Shown here: piece after piece, positions 11,355-22,995 of the stretch
Numbering within the stretch: the first letter of the stretch is position 1
Layout of the letters: each line of letters begins with the position of its first letter
Assembly (NCBI RefSeq): GCF_964355755.1
Contig: NC_092671.1
Coordinates: forward strand, 7,378,001-7,442,000
Reading direction: 5' to 3'
Length of the DNA: 64,000 nucleotides
DNA from: Antedon mediterranea
Taxonomy: Eukaryota > Animalia > Echinodermata
The notes under the pieces: generated by a model
What the model saw: the letters and a program-made list of their open reading frames with translations, nothing else
Database searches by the model: none
Told to the model about the DNA's origin: nothing
Made by a program: the position numbers and the translations under genes

Positions 11355-11565
11355 TCGGCTCCATGGTTCTGGTGGTAGAATAAGTCTTCTCGGATAAGGA
11401 CTATAAACCGTAGGTCCAGTGTACACAAAATGCTCATGTGCACTTTAAAGACCCTAGTAAATCATTCAAAACGAGTAGGGGGTTACTCTGGTGTACTAGT
11501 TCACACAAAGCCACTGTCTTAAGTTCTAGTTCCGTAATAATCAATTTGTTGAACTTACGACAATG
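11355..11565 (+). mobile_element. SINE fragment with Deu-domain-like core
   Basis: GTCTTCTCGGATAAGGACTATAAACCGTAGGTCC...GTGCACTTTAAAGACCC...GAGTAGGGGGTTACTCTGGTGTACTAG resembles the Deu domain of DeuSINEs (AmnSINE1/SINE3) as recalled. Confidence 0.65.
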
Positions 11566-11612
11566 AAAACAAATTGAAAATATTATACTGTGAAAATGAA
11601 TTTTAGCTCTAC

Positions 11613-11868
11613 CTTTTCTAATCTATCAATCTTCTTCTGAAGTTCTTCAGATGTCATACCATCATCCTCCTCCTCCACAGTTGCCTCGTCAACCCCTTCT
11701 GGTGGTGCATCGTCATCTTCTTCATCCTTATCATCATCGTCCTCCTCATCCTCATCTCGCTTGGTCTTTGATGTGTCTAGCGAGTTATGTCCAGATTGAT
11801 TTGCAAAGCTGTCCATAACTGCTTTAGCAGCCGACTTACTGTTCTTCTTGGCCTGTTGTGATCGTAAT
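11613..11868 (-). CDS. BAZ2B: BAZ2B exon 22, acidic region
   Basis: cag/gtagag; LRSQQAKK...EEDDDDKDEEDDD...SEELQKKIDRLEK. Confidence 0.94.
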
Positions 11869-12096
11869 CTGTAAAAAACCAAACCATGTTTTCATGATGT
11901 TGCCGATATTAAGATTTATAAATTTATTATTTAGGCTCGACTGCTTTCAATTTTCTTCTATAGTTTGATGAATGTTTATAGTGCTCTCAATTGTTTATCT
12001 TTGCTTTCTTAAATTTAACCGATATTTTATTTCAGACTTCTGCAAATAATGACATATTTGCAGAATATTATATAATATAATATTATCATAACTTAC

Positions 12097-12281
12097 TGGC
12101 GCAATTTTCCTTCGACTACCCATTTGTCCTTCCTCAGACTTGACATGTCATCTATACTTTCATCAATCTGTTGAACCACTAGCTTGCTGCACACGAGCTG
12201 GTTGACAAGGAAAGCCAAGATGGCGGCCTTCTGGCTAGCAACCAAGGCTTTAAATGGCAGAAAACTAAGTGCTTGTGACAA
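12097..12281 (-). CDS. BAZ2B: BAZ2B exon 21, WHIM1
   Basis: cag/gtaagt; FKALVASQKAAILAFLVNQLVCSKLVVQQIDESIDDMSSLRKDKWVVEGKLR. Confidence 0.97.
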
Positions 12282-12426
12282 CTGAAAATGGAAATAGTTT
12301 TTTAAAAATTTGTGCTGTAATTTCAAAATTATTCTCTGTGCTTTTACACAATTTCAGAGTAAGGCAAGCAAAACATTGTTGGGACACAATAAACAGAATA
12401 ACAAATTTAACATCAATTATACATAC

Positions 12427-12534
12427 CTCATTTTCTTGTCCATTGACGTTAATTAATAACAACCTCAGCATTTCTGACATTGTCTTTTTGTTGATATCAA
12501 CTTTCAGTATATTTTCACCCCATGCTGTTTTAGG
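12427..12534 (-). CDS. BAZ2B: BAZ2B exon 20
   Basis: tag/gtatgt, phase 0-0; PKTAWGENILKVDINKKTMSEMLRLLL. Confidence 0.93.
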
Positions 12535-12631
12535 CTAAAGGTTGGAAATTAAAATCATTATAGTACCGATAGAATATTATTCGTTGATTTCAATATGCAA
12601 TGAATATTTTTATTTTTAATTAAATACTCAC

Positions 12632-12777
12632 CATTATTGGGTCATCAGGAAGCCCAGGGTCATCATAAGCTAAGCGTAGAAGGCGCACTGTAAATCGTAG
12701 TAGGTCTGTGTTGTAGTCCTCGTTATTTAGCAGCCCTTCCTGTAGGGCGTTTAATGATGGTACATCATCATCCAAAT
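12632..12777 (-). CDS. BAZ2B: BAZ2B exon 19, DDT C-part
   Basis: tag/gtgagt; DLDDDVPSLNALQEGLLN...VRLLRLAYDDPGLP. Confidence 0.96.
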
Positions 12778-12906
12778 CTATACAAAATAGAGAATCACCT
12801 AATGAATATGCAATATATCTATTAATGGCCATAATAACACCTATTCACTATGAACAGGCTATTTATTACTATACTTAATTTATAGCCTACTCGCTGCTCA
12901 TTATTA

Positions 12907-13174
12907 AGCCTGGTTTCCATTAAAATCGCTACAGCGTTTCCATTAAAATCGCTACACGCGCAGATGTCGCCGACGTAATCAGGAAGGCTCCCCGATTCAT
13001 CGCAGTCAAATCGGCAAAGTCCAACCATGTTCAACTTTGCCGATGTTGTCGGCGATGAATCGTATACGCGTACCAAAGAATATTTAGCGCTCGCGTACTA
13101 GATCCGCGATAAATTCTAGCGTTTCCATAGAATCGCTACGCTCTGTCGTGTAGCGATTTTATGGAAACCAGGCT
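12907..13174. mobile_element. PIF/Harbinger-type MITE
   Basis: TIRs AGCCTGGTTTCCAT(T)AAAATCGCTACA, exact TTA target-site duplication, subterminal repeats of GTTTCCAT..AATCGCTAC. Confidence 0.92.
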
Positions 13175-13257
13175 TTAGGTATAATTGTAAATATGTGCTC
13201 GCCTTAGTGCAATAAAAATAAAATGTAAGTGGTAATGCCAGTAATCAAGACACTCAC

Positions 13258-13372
13258 CCAAACCAAGTGATTCGCCAAAATTATGCATAAACTCTATGAT
13301 CATGATACAATCAGCAAAGGCTTGTCCAGGTAACTTTACACCTGGAATACGTGGTAGCTCAGGTAAAGGAAG
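13258..13372 (-). CDS. BAZ2B: BAZ2B exon 18, DDT N-part
   Basis: cag/gtgagt; LPLPELPRIPGVKLPGQAFADCIMIIEFMHNFGESLGL. Confidence 0.97.
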
Positions 13373-13640
13373 CTGTTAAAAAAAACAATATAAAGAATTT
13401 AGATGTGTAGAATATAAATGCACAAGTATAGTTGGATTTCAGCACTCTTTAGATCCAGAGACATCAAGCGCCTTGTGGATATGTGTGCTTTATAAATCTT
13501 ATTATCTCATCAGAGTGTGTATTTATGTAAATAGGACAGTTTAACGTACCATAAAAAGCACAAAGCAAAACTTTTTATTGCTTTAATCATTGTACCACTT
13601 CGCTATCCAAGGAAAATTTACAAGGAACTGATGTTTCTAA

Positions 13641-13797
13641 AGCTTTATCTACACTATCAAACTTTATGTGACAAAGAAATTTGTGATGTGCCCATATACG
13701 AACATGATGATGTCATATCACTACCATATTTAAACATATCACTAACATATTTGGGCACATCACACTTTTTTTGTCAAACAAGTTTGATAGTGTAGCT
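13641..13797. mobile_element. MITE family A copy, inverted relative to copies at 5249/6801/19070
   Basis: AGCTTTATCTACACTATCAAACTTTATGTGAC...AGTTTGATAGTGTAGCT. Confidence 0.88.
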
Positions 13798-13826
13798 TTA
13801 TAAAGTGTTTGCAGCATATTTCATAC

Positions 13827-13967
13827 CTTAGGGTCAATGACCTTTAAGTCATCAACAGGCTTCTTTAATTCTTTCATCATATGAAGCTCCATTCTTTTCA
13901 ATTGAACCTTTCGTTCTCTCGATACTTTCTTTTCATTCTTCTTTTCTTCCTTAACCCGTTCTTTTTC
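13827..13967 (-). CDS. BAZ2B: BAZ2B exon 17, coiled coil
   Basis: cag/gtatga, phase 0-0; EKERVKEEKKNEKK...KELKKPVDDLKVIDPK. Confidence 0.96.
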
Positions 13968-14211
13968 CTGGTAAATTAAAAAATATATGATCTAATAAGA
14001 AGCTGAAACTTTTAAGTCTACAAATACTTTCTGAACAACCCAACTATAATTTCAGTTTATATTATAACTGAATCTTCCTAAATATTTATTCAATTCAAAG
14101 GTACAATTCAATTCAATTCAACTTTATTTCAGACAAACAGTATAGTACAGAAGATAAGGTATATATGTATACATTCATTCAATATTATTTACTTGTTACT
14201 ATATAGCTTAC

Positions 14212-14277
14212 CTCGGCTTTCTTTCTGGCCTCTAGCGCCCTCACTAAAAGCATATGTTGCTTTCGTCTTTCACGTTC
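14212..14277 (-). CDS. BAZ2B: BAZ2B exon 16
   Basis: tag/gtaagc, phase 0-0; ERERRKQHMLLVRALEARKKAE. Confidence 0.96.
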
Positions 14278-14746
14278 CTAAAATAAATTGTTTTTGAAAA
14301 AAATAAACATCGCCACATTGTTAAGTTCAACGTTATACGTTACAATAAATTTGTAACCAAAGACAATATAAACATGGATACATTGACATTAAACTGGTTT
14401 ATAGATTAACAGATTCACACCGAAATACAATATAAACAGTGAACTATCTATCCAAATATTGTTTAAATTTTATACAAATCTACAGGAAAGTTTTAATAAA
14501 TACATTTTAACAAATATAAAAACAAATACTTTTTCTCTATTTATTATTGATGAAAAATGGAACTTCTGGTGACAATCTATTTATTTTTAACATTATAAGT
14601 TTAATGTCAAGAAAACAGTGATAGCGCAAGTTAAAAGAAAGGTCACACAATTTTATATAGCGTGCTATAAACAAGAAAGTAATCAAGGATTCTGTAATAA
14701 TGATATAAGAGTGTTGTTGCTAATATATAAATTGATGCACATAGTG

Positions 14747-15153
14747 AAATTTAGACTGCCCAGTACAATGCTTCCCAGTCATGGTATTTGCCAGGAGGGC
14801 CCACAACATAAATTTAGACTGCCCAGTACAATGCTTCCCAGTCACTTGATGGTATTTGCCAGGAGGGCCCACAACATAAATTTAGACTGCCCAGTACAAT
14901 GCTTCCCAGTCACTTGATGGTATTTGCTAGGAGGGCCCACAACATAAATTTAGACTGCCCAGTACAATGCTTCCCAGTCACTTGATGGTATTTACCAGGA
15001 GGGCCCACAACATAAATTTAGACTGCCCAGTACAATGCTTCCCAGTCACTTGATGGTATTTGCCAGGAGGGCCTACAACATAAATTTAGACTGCCCAGTA
15101 CAATGCTTCCCAGTAACTTGATGGTATTTGCCAGGAGGGCCCACAACATAAAT
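14747..15153. repeat. 68-bp tandem repeat, 6 copies
   Basis: Units start at 14747, 14810, 14878, 14946, 15014 and 15082; nearly identical, the first has a 5-bp deletion. Confidence 0.97.
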
Positions 15154-16157
15154 CCATAGATTTTTGGAAGTCCTAGACCCCAGAATAAACAAGTCTTTCT
15201 TGCTTTACCGAAAAAAGGGGTAACAATCACCATGAAGGAAAATTTATTTCCTCAATGCAATCATAAATATGAAACAAAAACACAATGTGATAGACAGTAC
15301 AGTAAACAAGACAGAACAGACAATTTTCATACAAAAAAGGAAAAAACTAAACTAGGAAAATAATAAAATAATACAGCTATTTCAAGTGCATATAAGGTGT
15401 TTGTCTCATTAATAATTATCTAAATTAAAATAAACAAAATCCCTAGAGAAATATGCTTTATCATAACAAATTTAATCATTATTCATTACAGTTTTATTTC
15501 TATTTGTACAATGTATTCTTCACATAATCTAAATAGTTTTAAAACAACCAATTTAAATTGTTATTAAATATAATTTATAAATAGAAAACTATATAATTAT
15601 GCATAAATAAACAAGAAATTTACAGAAACAGTGCTAATTTTGGAACATGATATCATAATATTATCAAGCATAGTTCATAAAGAAAGGGTTGAATTTGTTG
15701 TATTTATATTATTCATTCCTTATAATATCACAACAAAATATTAATTTTAACAATAAAAATAAAAACAAAAAGAATATTATACAGTTCTTTCCATACAAGC
15801 TTTCATGCAAAATACATTGTTTTTCAAACTGGGAAGAAATTGTGAAAGATTGCAACAAAAAAAAACAACGCCTGCTGAGAATAAATACAACACAATACCA
15901 AGACCAACAAAACCGGTGCTCTACCGAAAGACCGGTATAACTACACCGAGAAAACCGGTGTTTGCCAACACCTTCAAAACCGTTGGTTTACCTGCGTCTG
16001 TTGAGTGAGGTGATTCAGGTGTGTGAGTTTCTGTGAAAGGAGTTTGGATTTCTTAATAGACTCTGATTTAATTTCCTTTCTAGCAAGTGAAACATAATCT
16101 GATATCTACTCCTGTCATTAATTTTGATTCACCGGGTCACGTAATATTCTTATCATC

Positions 16158-16356
16158 TAATTTGCATTTACCACCAGTGATATCTAATGTTAAGGCATGA
16201 ACTGATAATTTGCATACGGTATAGTACAAACGGATATATCTAATTTGCATAACTTTTAGAGTAATATGCACAGTGTTCATGAGGTAATTTCTGTACTAGC
16301 CAGAAAAACAGATATGTTAATTTGTTGCTTTTTCTTGATTACATTATAATTTGCAT
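16158..16356. promoter_or_regulatory. Cluster of four octamer (POU) motifs TAATTTGCAT
   Basis: Exact TAATTTGCAT at 16158, 16206, 16241 and 16347, same orientation, non-repetitive spacers. Confidence 0.55.
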
Positions 16357-16612
16357 TTAAAGCATTAAGAAATCTGCTAACAAGAATGGCAATACCGTTT
16401 TTTTTTCCAAATAAAATTTTAACTGAGTATTGCTAGTAGATACACACATCAAATTGAGGAACATTATGCAATGAACTATTGCATTTACTTTATATTATAA
16501 TTACATTAAAACATTCTGATACAAAAAGACAGAATTTAATACAGTAATAATAAACAACATGATCAAATGTCAAGTTATTAATGTTATTTAGTTAAATCTG
16601 GTAGATTCTTAC

Positions 16613-16657
16613 CTGATGTTTGAGAAGTACAGTTTGCTGACGTCTCAACTCTCGTTC
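16613..16657 (-). CDS. BAZ2B: BAZ2B exon 15 (45 nt)
   Basis: tag/gtaaga, phase 0-0; ERELRRQQTVLLKHQ. Confidence 0.95.
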
Positions 16658-18588
16658 CTAGGACCAAAAACATTTTTAAGTGTAATTAAAGTGACTTCAT
16701 CATTATATGACCAATGGCATGATTTTAGTTTCAAATAATTACTTCTCAAATGGCTGTCAAAAATGATATTTTTCCATTCATTTTATAAAAATTGGTATAG
16801 ATAGACTTAGGCATTACAATTTATTTCTCGGTTATCAACCCAAGCTGTTATTACAGTCATTTCAAGGGGGTAGGTATATTTTAAAGTTGCGTATAGAACT
16901 ACAAGTAGAAAATTAATAATGAAAAAATTCTAGATATATATATGTGTATACATTTCTCAGAGGAACCGAAAAACTATACTTACTATAACTATAAATATGT
17001 ATGGATATAATACAAATTTGCAGGCATAGAAGAAATAATTCTAAACCAGCCTGTGATATACTAAAAATTAATTTACTGATAAAGAAATGGAAATCTGTGA
17101 GGATGAGAAAAAGCCAACCCCAAAATTGTATGTATTTAAAGGCTTTTACAATTTCTATGAAGCTGCATAAAGGATAGATAACATACACAATCTATACAAA
17201 TAATAATAAAATAATAATAGTATAATATAGAAACAATGAAAGGTATGGTATGTGTGATAGCAGTAGCGAAATATTTTAATAACAAAAATGTAAACAAAAT
17301 GTTAGAAATATTGAATAATTCTTTCCATATATAATTCATGATAATCAATATTATATGAATTTATATTCATATATAAAACTATATTTTATAACTCAATATT
17401 GTGCCTAGATTTATTTGCAAATTAAATACCCATTTTAAATTTGTCCAGACATGACCCTCACACACTGATCCATACCATTGATTCAAACTATAGCAGTAAA
17501 TGTTTTCTTGATTATAATGGTATAGTTAATTTTTTTGTATGTATCTTAAGTCTGGCCAAGGATTACCAATAATTATTCACTGACGTCCTATGAGGTGCCC
17601 CTGCCTTAAACGCTTGGCCATTTGACCCACTTTACACTTTGAAAAATAGAAAAAAAACAATACATCCTACAGATTAATTGAAAAGTAATCACTGATAATT
17701 AATATGTATCTGGCTGCTATTGATTAATTGATCTCAAGGGTAATTGTCAATTTTCCCTAAGTGATTCAATGCTAATTCATTAATAATTAAATAATTAAAA
17801 AACTGTTAATATACTTGAATTAAGGTATATCTAGAAGGAAAGTAACCACAATAATTAGAACATTTTGGACAGCAAGACAGCAAAATTCTCCTTAATTGGG
17901 ATGTCCCCTTAATTTGGCGTCCCATTAATTTGGCATCCCCTTAACAGGTGTGTCCTCTCAATAGGTATTTACAGCCATAAGTGTTAAAACATAGTGCTGT
18001 CTGTTTTATGAAAGTGTCCATTTAATAGGGGAGTCACAAAAAAGGGGTAGTACTAGTTGAGTCTAACATTTAATTTATAAAGTAAACAATACATTAATGT
18101 GTATACAGCTTGAGTTATACTCAAATATTTTCCTCTATGAACGTCAATACACATATTGTATCTTTCAACATTACTAATTAACATATCTAACATCAGTAAT
18201 GTTTTCAACATTTCCTGGTCGATTAGTTGTTCAGGAAGACTATTACAGTGTTTTAAATCATATTTAATAATGATCATTCAGAACATGAATCACCATTACA
18301 TCATCATTTACAAAATAGTTAACATGTGTCAGAAATTCACTTTCTAGTTAGGTCCTGAATTAATATGCAATTTGATTACAAATTTGGTATATCAATATAA
18401 GCTAGTTCAAAAGTTTAATGTACACTGCTAATAATAATAATTATGAATAATAAACATAACTTAGAAAGTGAAAGAATATAAACATTCTTAGATCAACTTG
18501 GTTTTGACAAATTAATATTTATTATCTGGATTTAAAACAAACATGATGAATCTATTCTCCGATTCTTAGATCAACTTACAATAAAAAG

Positions 18589-19023
18589 TATAGGCATAGT
18601 ATAAACTCTTTTTTTATACCAAATATAGGTATAAAGGTATACTAAAATATAGGCATGGTATACCAAATATAGGCATGGTATACCAAATATAGGCATGGTA
18701 TACCAAATAAGGCATGGTATACCAAATATAGGCATGGTATACCAAATATAGGCATGGTATACCAAATAAAGGCATGGTATACCAAATATAAGCAAGGTAT
18801 ACCAAATATAGGCATGGTATACCAAATATAGGCATGGTATACCAAATAAAGGCATGGTATACCAAATATAAGCAAGGTATACCAAATATAGGCATGGTAT
18901 ACCAAATAAAGGCATGGTATACCAAATATAAGCAAGGTATACCAAAATATAGGCAAGGTATACCAAAATATAGGCATGGTATACCAAATATAGGCAAGGT
19001 ATACCAAAATATAGGCAAGGTAT
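18589..19023. repeat. 20-bp minisatellite with palindromic core
   Basis: Unit GGCATGGTATACCAAATATA (19-21 bp), contains TGGTATACCA. Confidence 0.97.
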
Positions 19024-19069
19024 GCTAATGAGCAAAGATAAAATGCCATTCTAAAAGCAGAACTTGTAA

Positions 19070-19186
19070 AGCTCTGTCTACACTATCAAACAAAAAAGTA
19101 TGGTAGTGACTATGACATCATCATTTCCATATATGAGCAATATCACATTTCTTTGTCACATAAAGTTTGATAGTGTAGACAGAGTT
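19070..19186. mobile_element. MITE family A copy (PIF/Harbinger-type)
   Basis: TIRs AGCTCTGTCTACACTATCAAAC with TAA target-site duplication on both sides. Confidence 0.9.
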
Positions 19187-20321
19187 TAAGACTAATTGAA
19201 CGGCGACATCTTCCGTTACATGAAACGAGTGAACGTAGCTTTAGGCTTAATAATTACTTTAATGTATTATCTATAGGCCATTTATTATAGAGATCTAACT
19301 AAAAGAAGAATGTAATAGTTAAACTATGGTAATAGGATCCACCCTTTAACATTAAATCGTTATTGATATAACAAATTGTAAATATTATAAAGCAAATGGA
19401 TGTATGAATGATGATTTTAATAATATAATGGTGTTGAATGAAGTATTAATTATGTACATTATGGTTAATAAATCATTTATGTAAACTGTGCAAATGTATT
19501 ATTTCTAAATACAATAATAAATAGAAATAGTTCAGTATGTAAATAATGTTTAATTAGTGATATAAATAGGTATATAGTATATCACTGAAAACATGCCTAA
19601 ATTCCTTTGGTACATTACTTGTAAATTATGTAAGCAATATCATGATAATGAGTATCATCTTGGTTAGTAATGGCTGACTAAAAACAAGATATAAATCTAC
19701 AGTTTTTAACTCGTTCCACTCTCTGTTAAAAAATTGATGGATTCATATAATGACATTATATATGTAATCTATTAGCACGCTAAAATCACCATCAACCTCA
19801 ACATGACATGTGTACAAAAAGCTGCACTATGGTTCACTAAGAAACATGTATAATAATTTACATTTTTGTTTCTTTTTGTGAAAATGAAATATGAAAGAGA
19901 TTCAACAAAAACATAAACTTTCCAAATAAAATGATTAAGAAATAATTGGTCTGTGTGAATACGATAATAATTCAATTTTGTTCAATTCAATCTTTTTTTT
20001 TGGAATCTCTGGTCCATATAAAGATACACCCTTTTGTACACACATTTTGTGCCTTATATCAATGATAAAGTCTGTGCTGTTAGTTAAATACCAACTCCAA
20101 ACATGCACACATAAATATTCACCAAATTCATTTTCCTAATATACCCAAACGATGAAGAAAATCTAACTTTTATAATATAAAAAAAAAAGTGTAAAAAGCA
20201 AGTGAACTGTGCTAATAATAGTGATATGACATATTGGTTCTTATGGTTGGTGAATGTTAAATAATTATGTCAAATTGTTATGTAATGCCCAACCACCTGT
20301 ATGTAAAGTAAGGAAACAAAC

Positions 20322-20387
20322 CTTGGCCTTTTTTAAAGCATCCCGGTTTTTTTTAGCCTCGATCTGTTGACGCCGTTTGCGACGATC
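20322..20387 (-). CDS. BAZ2B: BAZ2B exon 14
   Basis: cag/gtttgt, phase 0-0; DRRKRRQQIEAKKNRDALKKAK. Confidence 0.88.
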
Positions 20388-21997
20388 CTGTGACGCAAAC
20401 AGTGAAATAATAATAAACAACATTTTTAAAAATGTAAAAAACTGAATAATTATCTGTATAAATAAAAAAAAATATATGAATTTACTGAATTTCACTTTCA
20501 AATATACTGTAACAGAGCTAATGATTATTATTTCAAACAGAAAATAAGACTAAAATATAATGTAATATTAAAAAATGTATTATAACCTTACAAAACAACA
20601 AATATTGTTAAAATGAGTAGATTATTTAAATATTGTGAATATCTGAACACAAGAAAACTTGACATGATGAATCTAAATGAACATTATTCAGACAAATGAG
20701 TATGATATAAACACCATGCATAATACATGCATGCACTAATGGTGCAAACACATAGTACTTTACAAACAAAAAAACACCATTTTGATTTAAACCAAAACCC
20801 TTCAAGTTAGATGGAATCTAAACTATTATGTTACTAACTTTAGGATGGACATTTTTAAGCTTTAGCAGTGACATATTGTTTCTTCCATGAGAAAAACCTT
20901 GGCATTCAGTCTGAGCTAGGATTTGAACCCAGTATTCTGGGTAAGCATGTTAAGTACACAGCTACAGTACCACTATGATATAGTGCTATACCCACAAACT
21001 CAACAGAAGCCATCAAAATAAATATGAAAAATCCTTTTTATTATGATCTTTGAACTGTACAATATTACAACCAGGAATTAAACGCCAAAATAGAAAATTC
21101 CTAATAATCTTAGTGCTAAAGAGAAAAGAATGTGCTTTCTCATCTCGTTTAAACTTTATATAAATCCTTCACCGTATTCAGGAGGTGATTTAAAACTAAT
21201 TTAATTTATACAACTCCTTTGAGATATATAAAGGAGAAAGTGTGACATAGGAAAGCTGCATGTTTGTTAGCAAGGAGAAGGGCTTTAATACTTTATATAG
21301 TACAATTAAATTAGGTAAAAAAGTAAAAAGGTTAGTCTTATGGGATAGTTACAGGACAATTATAATATAAAGTAAATCCATTACAATTGTATACATATTC
21401 TAATGTGAAAGTATTATAATATCAATGCAGATACAAACCTTTCATTAACACAAAGAACAAGCAAATTGGATTATTTTACTTGGAAATTGATTGAATAGGT
21501 ATTGGTAATAGCAGGGAAGAATTTCACTCTTCTAATAGCTGATAAACCCATGTATTATTCCTTGGATATAATTTCACCTTCCAAACTTTGTTTTATCGAG
21601 ATAGGGTCAAGCTTCTAAAGCTGTCCCAAACCAAAGCTTAAAATTTCTTTAGGAAAAGGCTGTTTTTTGTTTTGCAACAGCATAATATTCTAGGATTATT
21701 CAGCTGTTATTTTACACCAATGTGAACCTTGTTTTATCTATATCATTACATCACATGTTGCATATTTTATGAAGGATATATGTGATATCATGTAATTGAT
21801 TTTAATTTCCTGTTCTAGATGAAAGTATGAAGGGCCAACAGGATCAAATTAACTTGACATGTTGTCTCCTTTTACATTATACAAAGAAGGGTATCAAATA
21901 ATATATCTTCAGTTTTCAAGTCACAGCCCGCGGTTTCTAATAAGAAATCATTTAATTTTAAAGACCACATTCAATTTAAAAAATGTTATCACCATAC

Positions 21998-22125
21998 CTC
22001 AAAAATTTGCTGTGCACGCATTTCACGTTCCATTCGTAATTGTTCCATTCGCATTATTTTTTGCTGTTCTCGGTGTAAACGTATCATTTCTTTGTGACGT
22101 CGCTTTTCTTCGGCCATGTGCAAAG
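21998..22125 (-). CDS. BAZ2B: BAZ2B exon 13
   Basis: tag/gtatgg; AEEKRRHKEMIRL...RMEQLRMEREMRAQQIFE. Confidence 0.95.
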
Positions 22126-22414
22126 CTACAAAAATATTTTTTTAAACACATGATTTTTAATTATTAAAACAAGTGGTAAAAGTATAAGATATCGACTAAT
22201 CACTAAAAAGTGCAGTACAGTATTAGCAAACACTCATTTGAACATACAAGCGATCACATTAAATACCCACACATATAAAAACTACATTTGGACATTTTGT
22301 CTATGACTTTCTGTAGGATCTATGAGCATCCATTAAATAGGTATTCTGATACTGTTACCTGCGATGCAATGGGCAACCTATGGCCAGCAGGTACATTGGT
22401 ATTTGTATGGGTAG

Positions 22415-22995
22415 CCAGTTGGCTAGCTACTTGCAATGGGTGGGCTATATATGGTTATCCAGTACAGTTGGTTGGATATTTCCAATGGGCTATCTATGTG
22501 CAGACAGTACTGTATTTGGCTAGATCTTTCCAATGGACAATCTATGTGCGGACAGTACTGTATTTGGCAAGATCTTTCCAATGGGCAATCTATGCCTAGT
22601 CAGTACTGTTGGCTGGCTATTTCCAATGGGCTATCTATGGATATCCAGTACAGTTGGATAGCTATTTGCAATGAGCCATCTATGTACAGACAGTACTGTG
22701 TTTGGCTAGATCTTTCCAATGGGCAATTTATGTGCGGACAGTACAGTTGGCTGGCTATTTGCAATGGGCTATCTATGCGTATCCAGTACCGTTGGCTAGC
22801 TATTTGCAATGGGCTATCTATGGATATCCAGTACAGTTGGCTAGCTATTTGCAATGGGCTATCTATGGATATCCAGTACAGTTGGCTAGCTATTTGACAT
22901 GGGCTATCTATGGATATCCAGTACAGTTGGCTAGCTATTTGACATAGGCTATCTATGGATATCCAGTACAGTTGGCTATCTATTTTCAATGGGCA
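22415..22995. repeat. 45(-48)-bp minisatellite
   Basis: Unit GTACAGTTGGCTAGCTATTTGCAATGGGCTATCTATGGATATCCA, two interleaved variants. Confidence 0.95.

Noticed and set aside
12822-13076. 84-aa ORF
   Set aside because: Lies mostly within a 268-bp MITE; no transposase motif
14747-15153. CRISPR-like array
   Set aside because: Head-to-tail identical units without unique spacers, no cas genes, eukaryotic intron
17885-18035. Degenerate 17-bp CCCCTTAATTTGGC repeats
   Set aside because: Probably decayed subterminal repeats of a DNA transposon; termini not identifiable
20900-20980. tRNA gene (B-box GGTTCAAATCC on minus)
   Set aside because: No cloverleaf can be folded; probably a decayed tRNA-derived SINE head
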